A stretch of 35,345 nt of DNA, from assembly GCA_025363655.1 (NCBI GenBank), contig JANYDK010000135.1:1-35345 (forward strand), in the 5' to 3' direction. The notes beneath the pieces are model-generated. The model was not told the DNA's origin, did no database searches, and saw only the letters and a list, made by a program, of their open reading frames with translations. This DNA comes from Deltaproteobacteria bacterium (GTDB taxonomy: Bacteria > Myxococcota_A > Polyangia > Polyangiales > JADJMO01). Position 1 is the first letter of the stretch, and each line of letters begins with the position of its first letter. Below, piece by piece: positions 19,449 through 28,944 of this stretch. The position numbers and the translations under genes are program-made.

Positions 19449-19787
19449 TCAGCCCGGTGGCCAGCTCATCGCCCGACCGCCGAGCACGTGGACATGAAGG
19501 TGAAACACCGTCTGTCCGGCGTCAGGTCCGTTGTTGATCGCGAGCCGAAATCCACCCTCGAGCTTTTCTCGTGCAGCGACCGCGCGAGCCGCCAAGAGCA
19601 CCTGACCGAGCGCTTCGACGTCGCCCTCTTCGGCTTCGGCGATGCCGTGAACGTGCTTCTTCGGAATCACCAGCACGTGCGTCGGCGCCGCCGGATGGAT
19701 GTCTCGGAAGGCGAGCGCATGATCGTTTTCGAAGACGATGTCGGAAGGAATTTCGCGAGCGATGATCTTGCAGAAGAGACAGGACAT
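19449..19787 (-). CDS. HIT (histidine triad) family protein
   Basis: MSCLFCKI...HLHVHVLGG histidine triad. Confidence 0.85.
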   Translation of the reverse strand: MSCLFCKIIAREIPSDIVFENDHALAFRDIHPAAPTHVLVIPKKHVHGIAEAEEGDVEALGQVLLAARAVAAREKLEGGFRLAINNGPDAGQTVFHLHVHVLGGRAMSWPPG

Positions 19788-19812
19788 GCGTCACCTCGAC
19801 GATCGGGGGCAA

Positions 19813-20808
19813 TCACGGAACGAGCACGATTTTCCCAGTGCTTCCTCGCGAGGCGACGCGCTTCATCGCCTCGATGGCCTGCGCGAGGGGCAACGTCTCG
19901 GTGACGAGCGGCTTCACCTTACCTTCGCCATGGAGGCGATAGATGTCGGCTTGCACCTCCCGCACCAGCGCCGGATTGTGGAGGTTGTACATGCCCCAAT
20001 GGACGCCGACGACGGCGTAGTTCTTCACCAGCACGTGGTTCGCGCGCAGCTCGGGGAAGCGCCCGCTGGTGAAGCCGATGACGAGGATTCGTCCTTCGAA
20101 GGCGATGCATTTGGTCGACTTGTCGAAGACGTCACCGCCGACCGGATCGTAGATGACGTCGGCGCCGCGGCCAGCCGTCTCGCGCTTCACCACCGCCACG
20201 AAGTCGTCCTTGGTGTAGTCGATCGCGAGATCGGCCCCCAGCTCGAGGCATGTCTTCACCTTGTCGGCGCCGCCCGCAGTGGCGATGACCTTGGCACCCG
20301 CCGCCTTGCCGAGCTGAATGGCCGCGCTGCCGACCCCGCCGGCGCCCGCGTGCACAAGGAGCACCTCGCCGGCTTGGAGATGGGCGCGGCGATGGAGCGC
20401 GAAGTGACCCGTCTGGTAGGTGACGGTCATCGCCGCGGCGTCGACGAAGCTCATCGCGTCGGGGATCTTGTAGGTGCCGATTCCATAGCCGATCGCCGAC
20501 GTTGCATAACCACCTGAACCATTGAGCGTGGAGGCCACCCGATCGCCGACCGCGAAGCCGTCCAGCTTGCTCTCGGCGACGACGCCGGCGACCTCGACCC
20601 CGGGCGTGAACGGCGGCGTCGGCTTCACCTGGTAGGTGCCGGCGACGAAGAGCACGTCGGGAAAATTGACGGCGCACGCTTTGACGTCGATGCGAACCTC
20701 ACCGTCGCCGAGCGGAGGCGCCTCGAACTCTTCCCACACCAGCGACTCGGGCGGACCGTATGCGTGACCACGGAAGGCGTGCATCGAGCCACTATAGGAT
20801 AGTTGCAC
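19813..20808 (-). CDS. qor: NADPH:quinone oxidoreductase / zinc-type alcohol dehydrogenase-like (MDR superfamily)
   Basis: GVEVAGVV...; nucleotide-binding LVHAGAGGVGSAAIQLGKAAGAKVIATAG; C-terminal KIVLVP. Confidence 0.8.
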   Translation of the reverse strand: MQLSYSGSMHAFRGHAYGPPESLVWEEFEAPPLGDGEVRIDVKACAVNFPDVLFVAGTYQVKPTPPFTPGVEVAGVVAESKLDGFAVGDRVASTLNGSGGYATSAIGYGIGTYKIPDAMSFVDAAAMTVTYQTGHFALHRRAHLQAGEVLLVHAGAGGVGSAAIQLGKAAGAKVIATAGGADKVKTCLELGADLAIDYTKDDFVAVVKRETAGRGADVIYDPVGGDVFDKSTKCIAFEGRILVIGFTSGRFPELRANHVLVKNYAVVGVHWGMYNLHNPALVREVQADIYRLHGEGKVKPLVTETLPLAQAIEAMKRVASRGSTGKIVLVP

Positions 20809-20861
20809 GTCGGATCGAGCTGCTTCCGCCGCCCGCGCAACTGTGCTCGGCTGCGCCGTCG

Positions 20862-22310
20862 ATGTCCAAGACGAGCACCCAAGAAATCGATCTCGGCGCC
20901 ATCGCCTTTCGCGTGATGAGCGAGCATGGCTTCGTCCCCGAGCACCACGAAGCGCTCGAAATCACGGTGAAGGGGTTCGGCGCGGTCGACGCCGAGGTGC
21001 GCGATTTGCGGCCGCTCCTCTGGTCTTCGATCGACAACGACGAGTCACGCGATCTCGATCAAATCGAGGTCGCCGAGGCGCTGGTCGACGGCGCCATCCG
21101 CATCCTCGTCGGCATCGCCGACGTCGACGTCTACGTCGCCAAGGGCGATCCGATCGACGCGCACGCCAAGGCCAACACCTGCTCGGTCTACACCGGGGTC
21201 CGCGTCTTCCCGATGTTGCCGCGCGGCCTCTCGGAAGATCTCACCTCGCTCGTCGAGGGTAAAGACCGGCTCGCACTGGTCATCGACTTCGTCGTCGATC
21301 GCGAAGGCGGCGTCTCCGCGGGCGACGTCTACCGCGCGCGCGTGAAGAACCACGCTCGCCTCACCTACGACGGCGTCGGCACGTGGCTCGAAGGCGGAGA
21401 GCCGCCGGCGCGGGTCGCGAGCGACGCACATCTCCGGGCGCAACTGCTCCTGCAGCACGAGGCCGCCAAACGCCTCAAGCGTCAGCGTCACCTTCGCGGC
21501 GCGCTCGATCTCGAGACCATCGAGGCCCGCCCGCTCGCCAAGGACGGCAAGGCGATCGGGCTCTCGCTCTCGCACAAAACCGCGGCGCGCGACCTCATCG
21601 AAGACTTCATGATCGCCGCCAACGGGACGATGGCGCGCTTCCTCGAAGAGCGCGGCGTCTCCTCGATTCGTCGCGTCGTGCGCTCGCCCGAGCGATGGGC
21701 GCGCATCGTCGAGCTCGCCGCCGGCCTCGGTCACGTGCTCCCCATCGAGCCGAGCTCGCGCGCGCTCGCCGAGATGCTCAGCGAACGGCGCGCGTCGGCG
21801 CCGGAGTCGTTCGCCGATCTCTCGCTCGCGGTGGTGAAGCTGATGGGCCCCGGCGAATATGCGCTCGAACGCGCGGGGCACGATCACGTCGGCCACTTCG
21901 GCCTCGCGGTGCAGGACTACACGCACTCGACGGCGCCGAACCGTCGCTTCGCCGATCTCGTCACCCAACGTTCGGTCAAGGCCGCGCTCGGTGGCGCGCG
22001 CGCGTACGGCGACGACGAGCTCGCCGAGATCGCCGCCCGATGCACTGCCAAAGAGAACGACGCGCGCAAGGTCGAGCGGACGATGCGCAAGGTGGCAGCA
22101 GCGACGCTCCTCCGCGCGCGCATCGGCGAGACCTTCCAAGCTGTCGTCACCGGTCTCGCGCCGAAGGGCGTCTTCGTCCGCCTCCTCGATCCCCCGGCCG
22201 AGGGTCGCGTCATCAAAGGCGAAGCAGGTCTCGACGTCGGCGATCATCTCGAGGTGATCCTGGTGGCGACGGAGCCGACCAAAGGTTTCCTCGATTTCGT
22301 CCGCAAGTAG
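20862..22310 (+). CDS. RNB-domain exoribonuclease (RNase II/R family)
   Basis: Start at MSKTSTQEIDLG (avoids overlap with qor). RNB core (VYTGVRVFPMLP...HFGLAVQDYTHSTAPNRRFADLVTQR). C-terminal S1-like region. Confidence 0.75.
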   Translation: MSKTSTQEIDLGAIAFRVMSEHGFVPEHHEALEITVKGFGAVDAEVRDLRPLLWSSIDNDESRDLDQIEVAEALVDGAIRILVGIADVDVYVAKGDPIDAHAKANTCSVYTGVRVFPMLPRGLSEDLTSLVEGKDRLALVIDFVVDREGGVSAGDVYRARVKNHARLTYDGVGTWLEGGEPPARVASDAHLRAQLLLQHEAAKRLKRQRHLRGALDLETIEARPLAKDGKAIGLSLSHKTAARDLIEDFMIAANGTMARFLEERGVSSIRRVVRSPERWARIVELAAGLGHVLPIEPSSRALAEMLSERRASAPESFADLSLAVVKLMGPGEYALERAGHDHVGHFGLAVQDYTHSTAPNRRFADLVTQRSVKAALGGARAYGDDELAEIAARCTAKENDARKVERTMRKVAAATLLRARIGETFQAVVTGLAPKGVFVRLLDPPAEGRVIKGEAGLDVGDHLEVILVATEPTKGFLDFVRK

Positions 22311-22564
22311 GCGCAAATGCGCGCATTTTTCGCAGTCCTTGCGCCCCGGCAGATCTCGGCTATGTTCGTCGCTTCACGAACGTCCTGGCACTCGGCACTC
22401 CTGCTCTCTCTTCTGGGATCGGACAGGGTCGCGCTCTAGACGACGCCACGTGCGGCTGCGGCCTCCGCCGCTGCCCCCCGGTCCGAACCTCACGGCTCGA
22501 TAGGACCTGGGACTAGGAGCGCAATCCTGCGTTCGCCCGAGCCGGATCGAGAAGAGATCGAGTC

Positions 22565-22978
22565 ATGGGTAACCGCCTTTACGTTGGCAACCTTTCGTTT
22601 CACACCACCAAGGACGCGCTCCACGCCGCGTTCTCCAACGGCGGCCGCGAGGTCACCGACGTCCACATCGTGACCGACCGCGACAGCGGCCAGTCGCGCG
22701 GCTTCGGCTTCGTCACGCTGGGCACCGCTCAGCAGGCGCAAGAGGCCATTGCCGAGATGAACGGCGCCATGCTCGACGGTCGTCCCCTCCGCGTGAACGA
22801 AGCCGAAGAGCGTCCCGCTCGCGGCGGCGGCGGCGGTGGTGGCGGCAGCTTCGGTGGCGGCGGTGGCGGTGGCGGTGGCGGCGGCGGCGGTGGCGGCGGT
22901 GGCCGTCGCGGCGGCGGCGGCGGCGGCTTCGGCGGTGGTGGCGGTGGCGGCGGCGGTGGCCGTCGCGAGCGCTACTAG
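22565..22978 (+). CDS. RRM-type glycine-rich RNA-binding protein (RGG/Gly tail)
   Basis: RNP2 LYVGNL, RNP1 RGFGFVTL, then ~55 aa of G/RGG repeats. ~240-nt untranslated leader upstream. Confidence 0.9.
   Translation: MGNRLYVGNLSFHTTKDALHAAFSNGGREVTDVHIVTDRDSGQSRGFGFVTLGTAQQAQEAIAEMNGAMLDGRPLRVNEAEERPARGGGGGGGGSFGGGGGGGGGGGGGGGGGRRGGGGGGFGGGGGGGGGGRRERY
22820..22970. repeat. (GGC/GGT)n glycine-codon microsatellite-like run inside the RBP gene
   Basis: Long GGCGGCGGTGG runs visible. Confidence 0.6.
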
Positions 22979-23152
22979 TCACACCCCGGCTATGGCCGGG
23001 GCCCCCGAGAATTTCACCTTTGGGGTGACTTAGGGGTTTCGGCTCGAGTCGAAGTCGTGAAAGGCGATGCATCGCAAGGTGCGTCGCCCTTCGCTTTTTG
23101 TACGGGGGGCACCGAGTCTTCTCCTGCACGCATTTTTCCTGGAAAACACGAC

Positions 23153-25015
23153 ATGAAGCCCTCCGAAGACGAATCCTCCCTCGAGCTCGCGCCGCCGAAG
23201 TTGCGCGAAGCGATGGAGGCCAAAGGCTTCACCTCGCTGACACAAGTCCAGTCCGCCGTCGTCGATCCGACCGTGGCTGGACGCGACCTCCGCATCTCGT
23301 CGCAGACCGGCTCGGGCAAGACCATCGCCCTCGGCATCGCGCTCTGCGCCGAGCTGGAGGCGACGCGCGAGGAAGGCATCATCGGGCCGCGCGCGCTCGT
23401 CATCGCACCGACGCGCGAGCTTGCGGCACAGGTCCAGAAGGAGCTGTCCTGGCTCTACGAGCCGTCGGGCTACCACGTCGTGGCGGTGACCGGTGGGACC
23501 AGCTTCGGTGGCGAGTTGCGCTCGCTCCGTCGCGGCGCCGACGTCGTCGTCGGGACGCCCGGTCGCATGCTCGATCACCTTGAAAAAGGCACGATCGATC
23601 CGCGCGCAATCACCGCCGTGGTGCTCGACGAAGCCGATCAGATGCTCGATCTCGGCTTCCGCGACGAGCTCGAAGGCATTCTCAAGAAGGTGCCCGACAA
23701 CCGCCGCACGCACCTCTGCTCGGCGACCTTCTCGCGCGACATCATCGATCTCTCGCGCCGCTACCAGAAGGACGCGCTCGCGGTGCAGGGGACGCGCCTC
23801 GGCGAGGCCAACGTCGACATCGCGCACATCATCCACGTCATCGCGCCGTCGCAGCGCGACGATGTGCTCGTCAACCTGCTCCTCCTCGCGCCCGACGAGG
23901 CGACGCTCGTCTTCGTCCGCACGCGCGTCGACGGCGCCGACCTCGCGAGCCAGCTCTCGCAGCTCGGATTCGCCGCCGCCTCCCTCACCGGCGACATGGA
24001 GCAGCGCGATCGCACACGCACGCTCGAGGCTTTCCGCAACGGCAACGTCAAGGTGCTGGTCGCGACCGACGTCGCTGCGCGCGGCATCGACACCGACGTC
24101 TCGCGCGTCATCCACGCCGACCCGCCGAGCGATCCCGACGTCTACACGCACCGCAGCGGCCGCACCGGACGCGCTGGGCGCAAAGGGCAGAGCATCCTCA
24201 TCGTTCCGCCGCAGGGGCGCGAGCTCGCGACCCGCATCATGCGACGCGCGCGCGTCGAGGCGACGTGGGCCAAGGTGCCGTCGGAAGACGAAGTGCTCGA
24301 GGCCGTCGATGCGCGCCTCGTCGCCTCGCTCCTGGCTGCTGAAACCAAGCCCGACGCTCGCTCGATCAAGCTCGCAGGGCAGCTCCTCGAGACGCTCGAT
24401 CCGCAAGACCTGATCGCCCGCCTCCTCGCGCGGCCCGGGTCTTCCGGCATCTGCGCGCCGCGAAAAATCGCGGTGCTCGATCCGACGCCACGCCCCTCGT
24501 CGCCGACCTCGCGTTACGGCGCCCGCGAAGGCCGATTCGCCCGCGACGATCGCCCGACGCGCCACGACGGTCCTCGCAACGACGGTCCTCGCAATGACGG
24601 GCCCCGCAATGACGGGCCCCGCAACGACGGTCCTCGCAACGACGGTCCGCCGATGATGCGTCGCGAGCGCAAGGCGGCGAACGACTACGGTTTCGTCCCC
24701 TTCCGCATCAACTGGGGCGACTTCAAAGGCGCCGATCCGCGCCGTCTTTTGGCGATGGTCTGTCGTCGAGGCAACGTGCGCGGAGCCGACGTCGGCGCGA
24801 TCCAAATCGGGACCACCGAATCGATCTTCGAAATCGCCTCCGCGCGGGCCGACGAGTTCGCACGCGCAGTCAGTCGTCCCGATCCGCGCGATCCGGGCGT
24901 TCGCATCGAGCCGCTCGTGGGCGCGACGTTCGAGCGCCCGCGCCGCACCTTCGGCCCTGATCGCGACGGCGGAGCTCCTCCGCGCGGTGGCGACCGTCCG
25001 GCGACGCGTCGCTGA
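23153..25015 (+). CDS. DEAD-box ATP-dependent RNA helicase (DeaD/CsdA-like) with a DGPRN pentapeptide repeat linker and a DbpA-type C-terminal RNA-binding domain
   Basis: Q-motif/GSGKT, DEAD (VLDEADQMLD), SAT, HRSGRTGRAGRKG. 5.5x DGPRN. DbpA-like tail (FVPFRINWGDFKGADPRRLLAMVCRRGNVRGADVGAIQIG). Confidence 0.9.
   Translation: MKPSEDESSLELAPPKLREAMEAKGFTSLTQVQSAVVDPTVAGRDLRISSQTGSGKTIALGIALCAELEATREEGIIGPRALVIAPTRELAAQVQKELSWLYEPSGYHVVAVTGGTSFGGELRSLRRGADVVVGTPGRMLDHLEKGTIDPRAITAVVLDEADQMLDLGFRDELEGILKKVPDNRRTHLCSATFSRDIIDLSRRYQKDALAVQGTRLGEANVDIAHIIHVIAPSQRDDVLVNLLLLAPDEATLVFVRTRVDGADLASQLSQLGFAAASLTGDMEQRDRTRTLEAFRNGNVKVLVATDVAARGIDTDVSRVIHADPPSDPDVYTHRSGRTGRAGRKGQSILIVPPQGRELATRIMRRARVEATWAKVPSEDEVLEAVDARLVASLLAAETKPDARSIKLAGQLLETLDPQDLIARLLARPGSSGICAPRKIAVLDPTPRPSSPTSRYGAREGRFARDDRPTRHDGPRNDGPRNDGPRNDGPRNDGPRNDGPPMMRRERKAANDYGFVPFRINWGDFKGADPRRLLAMVCRRGNVRGADVGAIQIGTTESIFEIASARADEFARAVSRPDPRDPGVRIEPLVGATFERPRRTFGPDRDGGAPPRGGDRPATRR
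24560..24640. repeat. 15-bp tandem repeat (GACGGTCCTCGCAAC) x5.5 encoding DGPRN
   Basis: Direct reading of the sequence. Confidence 0.85.
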
Positions 25016-25028
25016 GGGTTCTCTTCGG

Positions 25029-25520
25029 TCAGTTGCCCGCGACTTCGCGCCGGCTCGGAGGGACGAGCTCGTCGAGGAAGTCGCGCATGCGTTGGAGCTC
25101 GGGCGTGCCGAGCGCGGCGCCGAGGTACGCCTCCGCTTCACCGCGATCCGAGAAAACACGTCGATTTCGATACGCTGCGGCGCGCACTACGCGCTGCAGT
25201 TGGAGGACCAACGTAGCGTTCGACGTCGCTGCGAGGATGGCGACGCGTTCGAGCCGCGCGTTGAGTTGCTGGAACATCTCGACCAGCTTGTCGGTCACCG
25301 GCTGCGAGTAGATGACGACGGGTCGGTGGTCGGCGCAGAGAATGGGCGCGACGTTGAGTGGAATCCGACGGAGCTCGTCCCCGAACGCCGAAGAATAGGC
25401 ATCGACGTCTTCGAGGGAACGGAGCCCGAAGACGCGCGCCTCGATGAGCCGCCCGACGCGCTGCCGTACGAAAAAACGGGCGTCGTGCGCGCCGGCGGCA
25501 GGGGGCGCGGTGCTCGCCAT
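25029..25520 (-). CDS. Hypothetical protein (164 aa from MASTAPPAAGAHDARFFV...)
   Basis: Protein-like composition only after the internal Met. The upstream part of the listed ORF is low-complexity. Confidence 0.4.
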   Translation of the reverse strand: MASTAPPAAGAHDARFFVRQRVGRLIEARVFGLRSLEDVDAYSSAFGDELRRIPLNVAPILCADHRPVVIYSQPVTDKLVEMFQQLNARLERVAILAATSNATLVLQLQRVVRAAAYRNRRVFSDRGEAEAYLGAALGTPELQRMRDFLDELVPPSRREVAGN

Positions 25521-25654
25521 GGCAGGGAGGTTAGCCGACGTTCGACCTACCTGGCATCCGTGTCGATCTTTGGGATCGGGGTGGGATCGGGGTAAGGGCG
25601 CCGCCGCCGCCTTTCGACGACGACGACGCACCACCCAGTTCGCGAGCTCGCGAC

Positions 25655-26170
25655 TCACGACGTCATGACGTACGGCTCCCAGAGCGAGTGCACGTCGACG
25701 TCGCGGAAGCGGAACGCCACCGCGATCGGCAGCACACGCGGGCGAATCGGCTGCTTGCGCAGCTTCATTCCCGCCTGCTCCGGCGTCCGCGAGCCCTTGC
25801 GGTCGTTGCACGGATAGCAGGAGGTCACGATGTTCTCCCACGCCGTCCTTCCACCGTGCTTGCGCGGCACGACGTGATCGTAGTTGAGCTCACGCGTGAT
25901 CTTCCGCTCACCACAGTACTGGCAGCGGAAGTCGTCGCGCGCGAACACGTTCATGCGCGAGAAGCGAACGACCTGCTTCGCGCTCCGGATCGCCTTCTTC
26001 AGGCGCACGACCGCCGGAGTGCGAATGGAGATGGACGGCGAACGGACGACGTCCTCGTACTCCTCGAGCACCTCGACCTTGTCGAGGTACCACAGGACCA
26101 CGGCGCGCTCCCAAGTGATGACCTTGTGAGGCGCCATCCAAGGCGTCAGCAGCAGGGTTCGCCGGTACAT
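25655..26170 (-). CDS. HNH endonuclease family protein
   Basis: CQYCGERKITRELNYDHVVPRKHGGRTAWENIVTSCYPCNDRKG (CxxC...H-N-H...CxxC). Confidence 0.85.
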   Translation of the reverse strand: MYRRTLLLTPWMAPHKVITWERAVVLWYLDKVEVLEEYEDVVRSPSISIRTPAVVRLKKAIRSAKQVVRFSRMNVFARDDFRCQYCGERKITRELNYDHVVPRKHGGRTAWENIVTSCYPCNDRKGSRTPEQAGMKLRKQPIRPRVLPIAVAFRFRDVDVHSLWEPYVMTS

Positions 26171-26420
26171 GGCTCACCTCCGCCGCCTTCGCCGGCGGAG
26201 ACCGCGCGGCGAACGGACACAGAGCTTCATCTCGCAGTTCATGGGGGACTCCTTTCGGTTTGGGTTCGGGGTTGGGGGTTGGTCGCTAGTTGCTTGGTCG
26301 CGAACGGGTGCGGGGTGAGAGAATCGAGCTCTCCGGGACCTGGGTGTGGGCCAGGCATCGTCACCAGACGAACCCCGCGAGACTGGTTTTTGCGGCCTCG
26401 GCGCACTATCTACGGAGGCG

Positions 26421-27071
26421 ATGTCGGACATTCGAAAGCGGACGCAGGGCCTCGCGCACGAGTTCCTCGCGCGTGGAGACGCGACGGGCTGGTTCGAGGA
26501 GCTCTATCGCCAGGCAGCTGGAGATGCCGGCGGGGTGCCCTGGGCCGACCTTCACGCGAATCCGCATCTCGTCGAATGGGCCGAACGAACGAAGCTCGAT
26601 GGCCATGGGAAGACGGCGCTGGTGGTCGGCTGTGGACTCGGCGACGACGCAGAGCACCTCGCCGCGCGCGGCTTCCACGTCACGGCATTCGACTTGTCGA
26701 AGACCGCCATCGGCTGGTGTCGTGAGCGCCATCCGCAGACACGCGTGAAGTACGTGGTGGCCAATCTGCTTCAGCTTCCCGAGGAGTGGGCCGCCGCGCA
26801 CGACTTCGTCTTCGAGGCGTATACCGTGCAATCGCTGCCGATAGGCCCGTTGCGAGCGCAGGCCATCGCGGCCATCGCCCGTCTCTCGCGCGAAACGCTG
26901 CTGATCGTCGCCCGCGGCCGCGACGACGAGCACGTCCCCGCCGGTCCCCCATGGCCACTCGGCCGCACCGAGGTGGTCGGCTTCGGCCAACATGGATTGA
27001 CCCAAATCCTCTTTGAAGATTTCCAAGACGACGAAGGCACCCGAAGGATTCGCGCCGAGTTCCGCCGATGA
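26421..27071 (+). CDS. Class I SAM-dependent methyltransferase
   Basis: Start at MSDIRKR. Motif I ALVVGCGLGDDAEHLAARGFHVTAFDLS. Confidence 0.75.
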   Translation: MSDIRKRTQGLAHEFLARGDATGWFEELYRQAAGDAGGVPWADLHANPHLVEWAERTKLDGHGKTALVVGCGLGDDAEHLAARGFHVTAFDLSKTAIGWCRERHPQTRVKYVVANLLQLPEEWAAAHDFVFEAYTVQSLPIGPLRAQAIAAIARLSRETLLIVARGRDDEHVPAGPPWPLGRTEVVGFGQHGLTQILFEDFQDDEGTRRIRAEFRR

Positions 27072-27106
27072 CCCTGCGGGGTGTGACGGCGTGACGGAAA
27101 CGTGAG

Positions 27107-27178
27107 TCGGCGTGGAGGGAATCGAACCCCCAAAGTCTCGGGCCCAGACCGAGTGCCCTACCATTGGGCGACACGCCG
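27107..27178 (-). tRNA. tRNA-Pro (C1:G72, A73; anticodon region UGG, loop UCUGGGC with unusual C33)
   Basis: Hand fold: CGGCGUG-UC-GCCC-AAUGGUA-GGGC-A-CUCGG-UCUGGGC-CCGAG-ACUUU-GGGGG-UUCGAUU-CCCUC-CACGCCG-A. Every stem is complementary. The C1-G72/A73 pair is the proline identity set. Confidence 0.7.
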
Positions 27179-27321
27179 TGAGTGACGCACGCGCACATGC
27201 GCATGCCAGTGGCTGTGGAATGAGTCGAACAATCCCGGCTGAGGGTATGAGCCTCACCGTCCTCCGAGGCACAGCCGTGCCGATGCGGCGCGCCTCTCGC
27301 GAGCAGGCGCGCCGCCGGGGT

Positions 27322-28734
27322 TCAGTCCATGCCCTTCATGTTGGCCACCGGATACAGGCGGTGGGCCACACGGGCGATGCCCTCTGCCTCGAGCACGCCG
27401 AGGACCTCGTCGAGATCCTTGTAGACGTGCCCGCACTCGTCGAGCGGGGTGCGCTTGCAGTTGGACGCGATGCCGCGAATCAACGTGCGATCAGGCCCGA
27501 AGACGCGCTCGACGTCGCGCATCTCGGCGTCGATGACCGCCTGACGGGGCGAGAGCTGACGCTTCGCCTCACCACGCGCCATGTGACGTCCCGAGCCGTG
27601 GTTCACCGAGTATCCCGACGCGCGCGCGCCGTCCCCCGCGAAGAGGATCGCCGCGCCGTGGTACATCGAGCCGGGGATGAGGCAGGGGTGTCCCGTCTTC
27701 TCCCAGACCGTGTCCTCGAGCTCGGGATGTCCGGCCGGAAACGCGCGCGTCGCGCCCTTGCGGTGCACGAAGCCACGCTTCTGCGTGCCGTCGGGGAGGG
27801 TGATCGTCTCTTCCTGCACGAGGTTGTGCGAGATCTCGTAGTAGACCTCGGCGTCCCGCTGGAAGACGACGCGCAGAGCTTCCCGCACACCTTCGACGAT
27901 GATGTGACGATTGGCGACTGCGTAGTTGGCGGCGCTGTTGTGATGTGCCCAATACGACTTACCGAGGGGCTCGTCGCTGCGCAGCCACGCATCTTCGCGG
28001 CGCTCACGGCGGAGGCCACGGAGCTTCGCTCCTTCGTAGAAGAAGTGATTCGCCGTCTGCCAACCGTAACCGCGCGAGCCGCAGTGGACCATCACCCAGA
28101 CCTCGGCCGTGTCTCGGTCGACCTGCATCTCGATGAAGTGGTTTCCTCCGCCGACCGAGCCGAGCTGCGGCACGACTTTCTCGCGTGCACGCTCGATGAG
28201 GTCGAGGTCGGTCTCTTCGTCGACGTCGATGTACTGCCGCTCGCAGAGGTCTGCGGAGACGCCGATCGCCTTCGCGCCGTAGCGCAGGATTTCCTCGGCC
28301 TTCTTGTGCGAAAAGCGAGGCATGAGGCGCGGACGATCGGACCCCACGCCGGTGGCGACGCGGAGCTCGACCTCGCGAATGAACCGCTCGCGCGCGGCGA
28401 AGTCGGCGACGTGCTCGGCATGCAGCCCCGGCACCTTCATGTAGAGGACGCCGCAGCTGATGTCGTAGCCCGAGCCCGCCTGGATGATCGTGCCGTCGGT
28501 GACGACGACGCACCCGACGGGGACGCCATAGCCGGCGTGCGCATCAGGCATCATGTAGGCGCCGACGACTCCCTCGTAGGACGCGGCGTTCATGATCTGC
28601 GTCCACATCGACTCTTCCGTACGCTCGTAGAGCAGTTCGGAGAAGAAGGCGTGGGCGTCGACCTTCATCGTGCCCGTTCGTGGCAGCACGTAATGGTTGT
28701 CGGTCAATTTGTGGACTGCGTATTTGAGTGACAT
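27322..28734 (-). CDS. rtcB: RNA-splicing ligase RtcB (3'-phosphate/5'-hydroxyl RNA ligase)
   Basis: Start at MSLKYAVHKL. Conserved RtcB blocks (YMMPDAHAGYGVPVGCVV, GSGYDISCGV, NHGSGRHM). Confidence 0.9.
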   Translation of the reverse strand: MSLKYAVHKLTDNHYVLPRTGTMKVDAHAFFSELLYERTEESMWTQIMNAASYEGVVGAYMMPDAHAGYGVPVGCVVVTDGTIIQAGSGYDISCGVLYMKVPGLHAEHVADFAARERFIREVELRVATGVGSDRPRLMPRFSHKKAEEILRYGAKAIGVSADLCERQYIDVDEETDLDLIERAREKVVPQLGSVGGGNHFIEMQVDRDTAEVWVMVHCGSRGYGWQTANHFFYEGAKLRGLRRERREDAWLRSDEPLGKSYWAHHNSAANYAVANRHIIVEGVREALRVVFQRDAEVYYEISHNLVQEETITLPDGTQKRGFVHRKGATRAFPAGHPELEDTVWEKTGHPCLIPGSMYHGAAILFAGDGARASGYSVNHGSGRHMARGEAKRQLSPRQAVIDAEMRDVERVFGPDRTLIRGIASNCKRTPLDECGHVYKDLDEVLGVLEAEGIARVAHRLYPVANMKGMD

Positions 28735-28832
28735 GGGATTCTTCCCGCGTGCGAGGTCGAACGAATCTTGGACGCTCTCGCGAAAAAGTGCGAGCGCGTC
28801 GGCGTTTCGACCGCGAAATCGTGATCCATCAC

Positions 28833-28864
28833 GCGTGGACCGCGTGGACCGTGTGCGTGGACCG
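28833..28864. repeat. Three direct copies of GCGTGGACCG (spacing 9-13 bp) between rtcB and the upstream structured RNA
   Basis: Direct reading of the sequence. Possible regulator-binding iteron. Function unknown. Confidence 0.5.
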
Positions 28865-28944
28865 TGCGCCCGGAGTCGCACCGGGAGGGCCGTGGATAGA
28901 AGCCACGCTGCCGCTGCGGCACGCACGGAGACCCAAACTGAAAC

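Noticed and set aside
22380-22420. Sigma54 promoter upstream of the RRM protein gene (TGGCAC-N5-ACTCCTGC)
   Set aside because: The -12 element does not match TTGCW. Kept only as a weak note inside a finding.
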